This document shows positions 46,155-57,695 of a DNA stretch of 64,000 nucleotides, in pieces. The position numbers were made by a program, and so were the translations under genes. The first letter of the stretch is position 1, and every line of letters starts with the position of its first letter. A model generated the notes under the pieces. The model had not been told where the DNA came from. It saw only the letters and a list, made by a program, of their open reading frames with translations, and ran no database searches. This stretch comes from Botryllus schlosseri (Eukaryota). The stretch spans positions 11,346,001 to 11,410,000 of the forward strand of contig CM119372.1 in NCBI GenBank assembly GCA_051294905.1, given 5' to 3'.

Positions 46155-47132
46155 CAGGGATGGTGTGAACGTGAGGTTCACGTTCGCGTTCTGTGTGTGT
46201 GAACCTCAGAAATTTAGAGGTTCACGTTCACGAAAGAACCTTGGTAGGTTCTGCACCGTGAACCTTTTTCGTATATTACGTGAACCTTTTTCGTATATTA
46301 CGTGATTATAACATCTTTGGCTGAAATTTATTGCATTTTAACTGCGGGCCACTCTATGCATGGCGCTGGCAGTATAAAAATCAATACTTAACGAGCATAC
46401 ACCTTGACAATCTCAAAAATTTTACCCGCCTTGTTACAAAAGTTTGCTCGAAATATCCAGCTCTCTGCTGTGAGCTTGACCCGCAATCACACAACATCAA
46501 GAGCGAAATACGCTACAGGGAGTCAGTGAATGATTCTTATCCAACCAATCAATTAAATTGATATCGGTGTCTGATGTAAAACATCTAGCAAGCGTACGGG
46601 GTCCATCTCGATTTCATATGTTTATTGTATCATGAAAACCAAATCCATACGATTGCGGTGTTGTCTACTGCTGTATAACTTGTTAATGGGGTAAAACCCG
46701 ATTAACACTATACGCTCAACTTCAACATAGCAACACTCAGACGCCGAATACATTGTCATGTCTAGCCTTGATGGTTATGGCATAAACTTATATTCCCTTA
46801 CAAGTCCCCATCGAAATTGTTGGCAAAACGACAAAAGATTTTGATTTTATGGGATTATTTTTGATCGCTCCAGTTTACACATACACATACACATACATTT
46901 GGCGACGTTTAAAAAGTCAGTACTTCAGCATTGTGGCATTATGTGGCCGAGTCGTCGTTATAGGTATCGTGTATATATATTAATATATATCACATCTCTG
47001 AAATGTAGGGTTGGAATTAGCAATATGACGTCACGTGACCTCATGAGGTTCACGTTCGCGTTCACACAGAACCTTTCAAAAAGGTTCGCGTTCACACGAA
47101 CCTGAACCTTTCAGAGGTTCACACCATCCCTA
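46155..47132. mobile_element. MITE with 16-bp TIR CAGGGATGGTGTGAAC and GAACC/GGTTCAC subterminal repeats
   Basis: TIR matches 15/16; flanks do not match as a TSD; contains an exact 22-bp tandem duplication at 46257-46300. Confidence 0.8.
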
Positions 47133-47186
47133 GTAGATACCATTGCCAGAATGAAGTAACACGGTTTGTCTCCAGCAGTGTGCGGA

Positions 47187-47310
47187 CAGCTTCAGTCTTG
47201 TCAGCCAACAACTGCTGCTGTTGAATGTTCTTTCTCCATTCTTGGCAACCTGCTTAGTAAGGAAAGACACTTTACCCGAAAATGTAGGAAAGTATCTTTC
47301 GTTGAACTAC
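47187..47310 (+). pseudogene. hAT transposase C-terminal dimerisation-domain remnant
   Basis: QLQSCQPTTAAVECSFSILGNLLSKERH resembles P.TSA.VER.FS.l..i.s..R; after a frameshift it continues PENVGKYLSLNY. Lies inside TIR/TSD pair 44812-47643. Confidence 0.75.
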
Positions 47311-48321
47311 GAAAAAAATCAATTATTTCTACCATAATGTGTAATGTAACTATTGGAATTATTCATGGCCAGATTTCGGTAAAATAAAGTTTTTTCATGT
47401 AAAAATTTGTCAGTTTTTGAGGCAAAAAAGTTTTATTTCAGGCAAAACTACTTCGTAAGGATAGACAATTCCAACCAGAAATGAAGATAATTAGTACAAT
47501 TTTAACATTATGTGGGAAAAGACCTAATTTGCCTACGTTAGGCCAAATTTGGTATAAATGAAGATTTATAAGGTGAAAAAATGTCAAAATTTTGATTTTT
47601 TAGCTCAAAATCTTTCATTTTTTAGGTAAAAAAAATCGCCCTAGTGATCACAGATAGCAGGATGTTCGAAAGTGAGCGACAAGCCATATTGCGTATACGT
47701 TGAGGCACGAGGAAACGTGCTATCTGGACTCGGAGGCTGGAAGCGCCGTGCACCGATGAATGGCCAAGAGCGGAGTGATATCACAATCGATTAGTATAAA
47801 GGCCAGATGAGTCGATCGCAGAATTGCATCCGCGCTGGCGTGAATTGCATCATGAGACGTGCATTAGGTCACTTCCGTTCAGCAATCTATCTATCCGTCG
47901 AATCATAGTCACAATCACAAAACCGTACGTCACAAAGTTGGTTAGTGAGGTAGTTTGTCCAGCTGACTTGTTTTGCGGTGTTCAAGATGGACTACATCCG
48001 GACTCGACCGGGATAGGATTCCATTTTACGTTTCTACCAGATTCCCGGTCATTTGCAGGATATTTGTGAAGTGAAATATGTCACGTTATTGTTTTCTAGC
48101 GATCATAGATCACTAATATGACTCAGGGCTGACGAGCAAACAATATTCACGTTTTGTGGCACAACAAAGTTTTGTGTTTCGGATCTCACTGCGCAGTATT
48201 TCTAACAATGGGATTCGATAGAAAAACAATCTCGAGTATAAGCGCCTTGCAAAGCACCGTAAAACGGTTTCAAGGGATCCGTTTAGAGCTTTTTCAACAC
48301 AATTATGGAAGTGTCAGTTGG

Positions 48322-51300
48322 ATGAGCTCAGCATTTTCGGTGTTTTCGGTCGTCACTGTGATAGCATTTGCAAGAACCAGCCAGGCAGGATTATGTACCG
48401 GAAGTCTGACTACAATAAAGGAATACAACGTCACAGCGCCAGCTGGGCGAAACATTTCATCTACGCCAGCGAGTAAAAACGGTGAAAACGAGGAATGGAT
48501 ATTTCGAATGGACGACAACTTCCAATTTATCAACGTTAAATTCTTGAATGTCAGCTTTGCCGGAGATGACTGCATTGGGACACAACAAACCGGGTGAGGT
48601 ACAAGGGAATATTGATGACTATATCTTTCGGTTCATTGTAGTTCGGAGCACGCTATGTAGCCTACTGGTAACTATTATGCCTAATTATAGCATACAAGAA
48701 AGATGCCAAATGTCCTGTAGCAAGAATACAACGGTTGTCAGTAGGCTACTCGTCGAAGTTATCCTATAGGTTCTGCCTATTCTTGCACTATTTCCTCAAG
48801 TGGTTATGATTCTACACTACTTCTACTTGAGTAGAAATACCTATACGTCGCTACTTGTACTTCTATTTGAGTACCAGCGATGATTCCTTCGACCTCATCT
48901 GCTACTTGCATATGTTAGGCTCAAGTTCGGTGATGCAACGACGCGGTATAGTATCAGCTCCAGGCCTATACTCGAATAGGCGATGTGAAGAATGATTTTC
49001 AAACGCACCATATCAGTTACCCTAGTTGTGGTGATCCGCAATGTTGCTTAAAGCCACCTTGGTTACATTTACTTCAATAAAGCTGTAGTCAGTTTACGAC
49101 ACTAGTTCCGATGAATGGTTTTGCATTCTACTTCATCAACTGTTACTAATATCGGCGAAAGCAAGTGATTGATTTGTACAGCCGCCCATAGTGTCCACTG
49201 TCCAGTCATCGATTTAATGACCGAGAGTAAAAATGTATCGATAGTACCCTGTATCCGGCGTTCAGATATATAGTGTATATAGAGCAGTGGTTCTCAAATT
49301 TTTTTCGACACGCCCCCCTTGATGATAGTGAAAAATTGCGCGCCCCCAGTATCGTCATACCCGAAAATATTACAAAGATCAGCCGGAATGTTTGCAATGC
49401 CAACTCAATATTGTTTGGCGGCATGAAAGGTGTATATGGCTGTTGAGACACTTCTCAAATATGGAATTCGGACTTTACATAGAGCAATAATTATGAGCTG
49501 GAGGTGAATTGGGCGTAGCGGTAAAAAAATTCCAGATTAATATCTCGTTCATTATAATCATGTGCAATGGTATCTCGTAGCACATATAGATATTTTAGCG
49601 ATTTCGGTGCCTAATCCCTTCTATTACCCCACTTGAGCTTAGCTCAAACGTACCTGAGCATTAACTAAATCAAAAACCAATGGCACAGTTACACGCATTC
49701 AACATTTACACTTCATTCATGGACATCTTCAAATTAGCTCAATGTTCGATATCGGTCAAAATCTAGCATCAGTGTGTGGATGGTACGACGCAATTATCAC
49801 ATTTAAAATCGAAATATAATTATGATTATTGCCATTAAAGTCATTCCGAGTCCAATCAACATCTTTCCCTCAGGCGGCTTTGGGCCTCCTCTCAGATGCT
49901 TTCACGCCCCCAGTTTGAGAACCACTGATCCATATAGAGTGTATACATGGGCGCATAGAGGGCCCATTACCAATTAAAGTCGTTGTTACCTATGTCGTAA
50001 TGTCATTAACCTTGAGTTTGGTGGTACCTCCTAAATTCTACATTTATAACAATAATATTACATATATCTAATAACTTCTTGCTTCATTAAAGAATCTCAA
50101 AATTGGAGGTCAAGACTAATGTTGATAGCAACTGGTATTGCAAAGGACGGAGAAAACCAGATGATGTGTCCGCGAAAGGCATAATGGAAATATCGTACTG
50201 CGGGAAAAACATTGGAGGAAATGTCGCATTTCAAGTAGTACCAAGTACAAATTATACATTCGGCACACCGCACGTTACCGTGACGGATGGAATAAACTCA
50301 ACAGTGAATGCAACTAACATGCAAACATTTCCAGGTTGCAATGGGTCATTTCTCGTGAAACCCAAGGAGACAAATATTGTTATACCGTTCAGCACTAACC
50401 ACAAGATGTTTTGTCGGATAGAACTTATTTCATCTGACACCAATCAATGGATCATAACCGAATTCAGGGACGTAAAACTGCGTGAGGTCAAGTCTGATAA
50501 ATGCAAGTCATCCCATTTATTTGTAGAAGGTTCGTCATAAATAAATTATATCTACCAGCACTTTGGGGAGTATATAATAATTCGCTTCTTCCTAGACGCG
50601 GAAGGAAATAGTCTTCTTCCAAGCAAACGAAAAAAATTATGTAATCACGAAGAAAACGGGCGAAATTACTATAACGAACTCATGTCCTTCAACGTGACCT
50701 TGACGAAAGATTCGAGGATAATGATCGTACGGCATAGAAGAGCAGGATTTAGAATGTCGTTTAAGCTCGTGAATGAAATCCCAGCGCCGACTGCTGTTGC
50801 ATTTACGCCGGTCACAAGTACTACAGGTAATACCCAGCTGACGCACCAAATGCAATGCATCAATCAGACACATTGGAAAGCCCTCTTTCATCACATAGCA
50901 TTTACGCGAGGACGCTTGTCTATATTTCACTGACTGTGATTTTGTCAGTCTTTATTATCGTACATCCAATCCAACATATAGCCTACTACTATCATATGGT
51001 ACTGTTAGTCATACAGTTAATCATGATGATCACGATTATGTCCAGGTGAAGTCACATTCTTTCCGCTGTTCAGCGGGTATGGCCATTTCAACAAGAACTT
51101 CAAATAAGCTCATTTAAAAAAAGTAGCATCTCTTTAGTGTGGCGATGAATTCTATTATGTTTCAATTTCGTTCTCATATTTTTTGGTACTTGTAAAGATA
51201 CCACTCAATTTTCATTCCGTGATTTTATATAATACAGTCAAAATAATGTCATATCGACTCTAGCCTATACCAGCGATGAGCGGAGATTGATTTCCGAAAA

Positions 51301-53954
51301 TCCGAATCCGTCCGACAGCTCGAGTCTCTGAGGAGCTATCCGTCTGCATCCGAACAATCTCAACCAAAATCTATGCGAATCCACATAATAATGTCATCCA
51401 GAATCCGAAATAATCCAAATTGAATAACTTTTCCGAAGAATCCTAATTGTACAGCTGAGCGGCGAGTAGATTTACAAAGGCCTACGTTGGTTGGCCGATG
51501 TATATTTGCTTGATCCTTTGACAGAATCACTTTACAGTGTTGCCAGTGCTGTCGGATCGTGTTTACTATATCCGGGTTTGGTTGTCGAGCTGGACATTTT
51601 TCTTTTGACTTGAAATCACGTCACGTCAAGTCATGTCTGGTCATAACTATACATGCAAAAATATCTGAAGTAGAAGTTAGGCCTACAACTATCCGAAACA
51701 AAATGTGATATAATCCGAATCAGACTGTTTCAAAATTGTGCAACATCCGGTCCGAACCATAAACGCGTCCGTCCGATGCTCATCACTGGCCTATATATAC
51801 CTTGCCGAACCCCGAACAGACATGATGCTTCCAGTTTAGGTTAGGTTTCGTAGGTTTGTAAACTGATTGCGACACTGGTTCTTGTATAGTTGTCGAGCAA
51901 GATTCATACTTTCCGTCTCTCCGTCGTCGTAGCTGTTGTTTGAGATGGTTCTTGGAGGTACAGAACTTCAATATACAATTGAATAGTATATTCAATTTTA
52001 AGATGGTCTTTCGACATCTATGGTACATTGGCCATTTCACACCGCAGCCGGATATTTTGTGTACCTTTCTCGGTACCAGTAAGACGAGATTTTGGACTTT
52101 AGGTCGGACTCGAGCCTCCGACCCATTGGCGTTGCAACTACGTAACCTACCACTACGCTACTCGACACAGCATGCTTCCTAAAACAGAATGAGTGAGGGT
52201 ATTCTCGATAAATACATTAGATTCTTTTCAGGTGTTCGGGACGCGACAAACCAAACGGCTTTGTCAAATCCTGAGCTCAATCGTGTGGGAGATGATGTTC
52301 AGAGGAAAGGACATGGTCGGATAATTGGTATCGGATGTGGAGCAATATTTGTTTTGTGTGCCACAATTGCGACGCTGGTATTAATTCGGCGAAGAAGCAA
52401 AGGCAGAAGGAAAGGGTCAATGAAATCGCTGAAGGTACTTGGAAATCTTTGACTTTCACTCGAAATCTTATCTGGCTTATACAACATATTGCCATATCCG
52501 CAGAGGTGGTCATGGTCAGTAACGAAGTGCTGCTGCTTTTGCGCAGTACTAATGTGGGTTTTGCCTAACTCGCACCTACTAGCTGGCTACAGTTTTTTAG
52601 GCAAAATTATACTTACTTTCAGACTTTTGAACTTTGTAAAATAGGAAGCAGTTGCGGGGTGTTTGCATCACCTTTGTGATTGAAATTGTCATACAAACTG
52701 GGCCAAATAGCCCCTTTACCAAGGTAACTGAATATATTTTCGAACAGTGCTCCTATTTTAGTGTCAATAATCATTTTGCTTTAGTCGCGAAGATACAACC
52801 TGCAATTTCAAATATAGTCACTTCCGATTAACTGCAAAAAGTAAGCATACTCTCGACGTATTCTACTTGTTGAAACTGTACATCGCCTACTTGACTACCT
52901 CTTAGTTAGACCTATATATTCTACCTCCACTTGAATTGGTTTTTACATGTCTTGGAAAACGCTACTTCTGTACTTGAGTATCAACGATGACTACATCTGC
53001 ATATCCGCACTTACCGTTTAGAAAAATTCCCGTAACGACATGCCAACCCAAAACGGATCACCAAACGGAAGTCAAAGCATCGGATCTATCAACAACGCCA
53101 TGTATGACCAAATTCTAAACCGCAGCAATAACGACACCCACGAAACCTTAGAAATGGATATCTACCAAGATTCTAACGTCGGTTTCAACCGAACTGATGA
53201 CACTCGGCCTCAACTACCCCCTCCAGTGACGGTGCCGCTATGCGGCATCGAGAGTCCGGATTCGAAAATCCGTGTCGCAAACGTATACGAAAAAATCGAA
53301 GACATGGAAATGCTGAGGCAACGAGATAGCCGACCGATGTCGTGCGCTACTTTCACTTCCGACGAATTTTCTGACGACGACGGTCTCGATGCGGACAGGT
53401 GTAAATACACAGTTATTGTGAGCACCGCACCCCATTCGCCAGTCAGCGTTAACTACGATAGCACATGCCCTTTGCAATCGGAGAATGAAGACAGAGTGAA
53501 CGGTACTCATCGTTACGATGAAACTCCACGCATTAACTTTCACGCTCCCGAAATGCTCGAGACTGACGAGTCCATGAATAGCAAAGAGAGCTTATCCTGC
53601 CTACCCCGAAGTGGGAACCCGCGTTCGAACTTGTCGCTAAACTGCGCCGATAGATACGATAGCCCCAGACCCTCCTTGCCCAATCTCACTAAATTGGCGT
53701 TGGCAGAAGACGCCGAAAATTACTTGTCCCCCCGACCGTCGTGCCCCGACGCCATGGCAACCGGTGGGTACTCGTCCACTGACGACTTGAGCGAAATCAG
53801 ACAGCGCCTTCTTGCAGCGGCGCATCCCAGTTTGTTGCTAAACTCCAGCAGCCCGAGCATTTCTGACTCGAACCATTACCATTCCCCCAAAGCTATAGAC
53901 GAGCGAAGGCCTTCCGCCCAATACGCTACTCCGCGACGTAAATGGAAAGAGTAG
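48322..53954 (+). CDS. Type I membrane protein: signal peptide, two divergent CUB-like domains, TM, about 330-aa Tyr-rich disordered tail (about 691 aa)
   Basis: Exons 48322-48593, 50093-50529, 50596-50826, 52232-52434, 53022-53954, phase-consistent. Signal MSSAFSVFSVVTVIAFARTSQA; CUB-like spacing ending AGFRMSF; TM IIGIGCGAIFVLCATIATLVLI followed by RRRSKGRRK. The CUB assignment is by pattern only; extra stalk exons are possible. Confidence 0.78.
49285..49927. mobile_element. hAT-type MITE (TIR CAGTGGTTCTCAAA)
   Basis: 14-bp perfect TIR; atatagag lies immediately left and reappears 4 bp beyond the right end. Confidence 0.85.
51271..51788. mobile_element. hAT-type MITE (TIR CAGTGATGAGC, ATCCG subterminal repeats)
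   Basis: Ends cagcgatgagc/gctcatcactg; TSD gcctatac/gcctatat (7/8). Confidence 0.85.
52501..52999. mobile_element. Family A MITE in the last intron of the CUB receptor
   Basis: Left TIR cagaggtggtca; eroded right end tgactacatctg; perfect TSD catatccg. Confidence 0.87.
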
Positions 53955-54254
53955 CATTGACGTACCAAATGGTTAATGTTCCCGGTGGATTCCGCGCGCC
54001 TATGCGACGACCACACACCATAAGCAACGAGTGTAGTTTCAATTCCGCGAACACCGGACGCTAATTATGGGCACGTATTAAGAATGATACGGAACTGCGA
54101 GCTCGCAAATGCTTTGAGTTTGTTGAAACTTGAAACTATGAGAAAAGTTCATCGTGAATGCTCAATGTTTGCGACCCATTAAAAATTGATAACGATGCGA
54201 TGATCTAAAATTACGGGTGATACATCTTTCATCTTTTACCCAGGCTACGTATGT

Positions 54255-54696
54255 TAGGCTTACCATAGTCCTCTTTTAAGAGGATTTGTCCTCTTTTTTG
54301 ACTTTTTTGAAAGTGTCCTCGGAGGACGCCCTTTTGTCCTCTTTTTTGAGATTTTGTCCTCGTTTTTGAAAATTTAGGTCAGATTCAGAGCAAATTGCGA
54401 GTGATATGCCGTAAATTAGCACAGTAGTGAAGCTCCGGCGGGTATTTCGGAGTGAAAAACAGTGATTTTAGCTCTGAGCGAAAAGATGACCTTTTTTTTT
54501 TAGTCATCCACCTGGCAACGTGGAGAGAAAAATGGTATTTTGAGCTCTGAGCGAAAAAGATGACCTTTTTTTTAGTCAACCGATCACAAAGTGGGAAAAA
54601 TTCACCGGTTTTTGAGAATTCTTCTCCGGTTTTGCAAGTCCGAAATTTCTGAAAAAGTGTCCTCTTTTTAGATTTCCAAAATATGGTAAGCCTCTA
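54255..54696. mobile_element. hAT (Blackjack-like) MITE (TIR TAGGCTTACCATA, GTCCTC repeats)
   Basis: TIR with a 2-bp insertion at the right end; perfect TSD acgtatgt. Confidence 0.85.
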
Positions 54697-54886
54697 ACGT
54701 ATGTGTGGTTGTAGATTTATAGTGAAATTGACCATTGACGATGTTATGCACATGACAGAATTTACTCTCGTTCTTTAACGTTCTTCGGTAGCCTACTTGT
54801 GGTTAAGATGCCCTCGCGAGTTTTTCTGTCGTACTTGCCTGTTTTTTTCCTTGCTGTTCTTTGTCGTTTCTACAAGGTTTTTCACC

Positions 54887-54917
54887 CAGGGATATCTAGA
54901 AGTTCTAGATATCCCTG
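54887..54917. mobile_element. 31-bp perfect palindromic micro-element with hAT-like ends
   Basis: cagggatatctagaa-g-ttctagatatccctg (15-bp arms, 1-nt centre); perfect TSD ttttcacc. Confidence 0.82.
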
Positions 54918-55622
54918 TTTTCACCTAGGCGTATAATGATGTTAAAGTTTGTCACAAATATGATGAAAGTTAGTCCCCAGAAATATCAACCTTCAAAATG
55001 ATTTTGCAGTAGGCTATCTATAAATATCAACAAGTGGTCAGTTCAGATGCAAAAATTTGTGTCACGAGCAAAAGTCCGTCATAGATTGATAGTGTCTTGC
55101 GGGAGATTCATATCTAATAAATCAGGGTTACCCAAATTAGGTCGCAAAGAGTAGATCAATTTCATACCAAGTGGGCCAACTGCACATTGCAACTTTGAAA
55201 GTTCAATACGGAGTATTGAGGATAACGATTGAAAAAGTAAAAGTAATCGTGCTACCAGTCGGCGGATTGCGATTCAAAATATATGCAATATTGGCCTGGT
55301 ATATGACCAATCCAAGGTCGAAGCACCGCAAATACCAAACAACAACATCGAAACCAATATGCCAGTCGCAACAGAAACTCAACCTATTGCGAACATTAGT
55401 TGTGTGACTATAGTTGTACTTTCATATTTGAAACAATGAACACCGCGCAATAATAAGTTTGTGTGCGGAGAAATTATTTTTTGAGTTGTTCATCGATCCC
55501 ATTTTAGTAAAATGAAAGCGACCGCGAGAAACCCAGCTATATCTAATTTGTAGCGATACAGAGGTGTAACGTAATCAGTGAGGCGAATGACTCCGTGACA
55601 TCTGTTCACACTACGTAAAACG

Positions 55623-56549
55623 CAGTGTTGGGATCAAGTCACTACCTTCGAGTCACGAGTCATCTCGAGTCATTACACATTTTGACTCGAGTCAAGTCAA
55701 TCGATTTTCGAAGGTGACTTGAGTCAAGTCAAGTCACTCGTTTTTTGGAGGTGACTCGAGTCAAGTCATATCAAGTCAAGTCGAGTCACGAGTCAAGTCA
55801 TAATTCAAGTCAAATTGAATTTTCGAAGTATCAGTGACGATTCAAAGTCATAACATGTTGCTAGCTGTGCAAAAGACAGAATAATTGGCCATTTATATTG
55901 AATCAAATAACTAATATAAATACTAATTAAATATTGCTCAAGAAGGCGCTGTATCGCTCACGCACACGTAGAACTGCAAATAAAATTCTCGAGTTACTAT
56001 AGCAACATGCAACAGTCTGTTATTAGCAGCCAATCGGCTCGAAGCCTCGAGAAGTTTAACAAATTCATATGGTACAATACACTATACCCATCCGTGAAAA
56101 AATAAACGCACAAACTATATTCGCTGGATTGAAGTCATATAAGAGGGTCGGTAAAGGCGATCACCGTGGAATTTAAGCACTGGGCCGTCTAAGAAACAGA
56201 GATACTTGTTATGAGGTTAATCTATTGCTACTACTACTAACAACGTAAGCTGTGATCATTACGCTTGTTGTCAATATATTTGTGATGTAACAATAGAGGA
56301 TCAGTGAAACGTACAATCAGTGAATAACTGGTTACTCTCGCAAGTGACACAGCAGGAGTATCGCGCATAATACTAACATTCACAAAATTCAGTGATTTAA
56401 TCGATACCGTTTACTTGATGACTCGAAAATTTTGCTCCGAGTCACGTCAAGTCATTTTTGGAAAGTGACTCGAGTCAAGTCAAGTCATACGAAAAAGTTG
56501 ACTCGAGTCTGACTTGACACAAGTCATGACTCGAGTCATCCCAACACTG
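55623..56549. mobile_element. Family B1 MITE
   Basis: TIR cagtgttggga/tcccaacactg; perfect TSD gtaaaacg. Confidence 0.93.
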
Positions 56550-57695
56550 GTAAAACGATCCGTAACGTCACATCATTGTTGAACAGTCCCTCGACCCCCT
56601 CACTTTAGATTTTCATCCTGGATATTGTGATTTCAGCAGTAGGAAAATACAACTCAGCCTCAGTACAAGCTCAGAGAACTCTCGGGTTACAGTATTAATC
56701 AACCATCACTGTCGCCATGCAGCTTTTGAATTATCGACGGAAGCGTTTGGGATGACTAACCAGTAACCACTTACCTGAAATACGCCATTTAATAGCCTCT
56801 AATTCAGGGGTGGGCAATTATTTTCCTCCACGGGCCACATGAGTAGAAAATACGTTGGCGGGCCGAATGAAATATTTTAGCTATATTCTGGAGCGTTTTT
56901 GATTTTATTTCTAAATTACAATGTTAATAAATGCTGCTAAATGAATGGGTTGATGTTAGGTAATGAGAAAGTGTGATTTATTTAAAAAAATATCTATTTG
57001 CCGTCATGATTAGAAACGATGTTAAACATGATACATTTTTAACTATCTTTAAACCCCTATCCACGTTCTTCTATTAAGACTCTGAAACAGTGGTTCTCAA
57101 CCTTTTTAGGCACGTCTCCCTTTATGAAAGAAGAATTTCGCGCTGCCCTTATCATGATATAATAAATAGGGAAATAATAAAAAGTGCAACCAGAATGCTA
57201 GCAATCCCAACGGATGGTTTGATGGTATGGAAGGTTACCCATCCCCGATCTCTGTCGTCATAGCCCACCCACACAAACATAACCATGACAACAGATTCAT
57301 TCTGAACGGAGCTCGACACCTTCCAAGACGCGTCTCGCCCGCCACCAACCCGACCATAAACCGTTCGCGGTGCATATCCAACATCTTTATTATTCTGCAT
57401 CCCAAAAATCCGGCGAAATCACAATCGCATCGCAGCTAAACAATCCAACCCCGCAACATCATAGCATTCGAACAAGCTAACCGTAATTATTCCTCATTCC
57501 CATCCAGCAAGAAAATACGCACGAAAATATATTATACACGGAAAAAACGGATCACGAGAACGCGGCGCGGTAGTTGATCAAAGCAGCGGCACGTCTCGCG
57601 CCAAGCGAGAAGAACCAAGGCGAAAACGGTAATGCATCTACATCAGTCGTCAACACGCGATTGTCTATCTTTCCGAAACGCGCCCAACCGCCACG

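Larger units (their letters stand above)
44812..47643 (+). mobile_element. Decayed hAT transposon (TIR CAGGGCGATTTT) carrying a transposase C-terminal remnant and two nested elements
   Basis: Ends cagggcgattttt/aaaaatcgcccta; perfect TSD gtgatcac; hAT dimerisation-like peptide at 47187-47310. Confidence 0.88.

Noticed and set aside
50868-51049. Alternative hydrophobic terminal exon for the CUB receptor
   Set aside because: Needs a 41-nt intron, shorter than any other here (56 nt or more), and has a weak acceptor; hydrophobic ORFs are common in AT-rich DNA.
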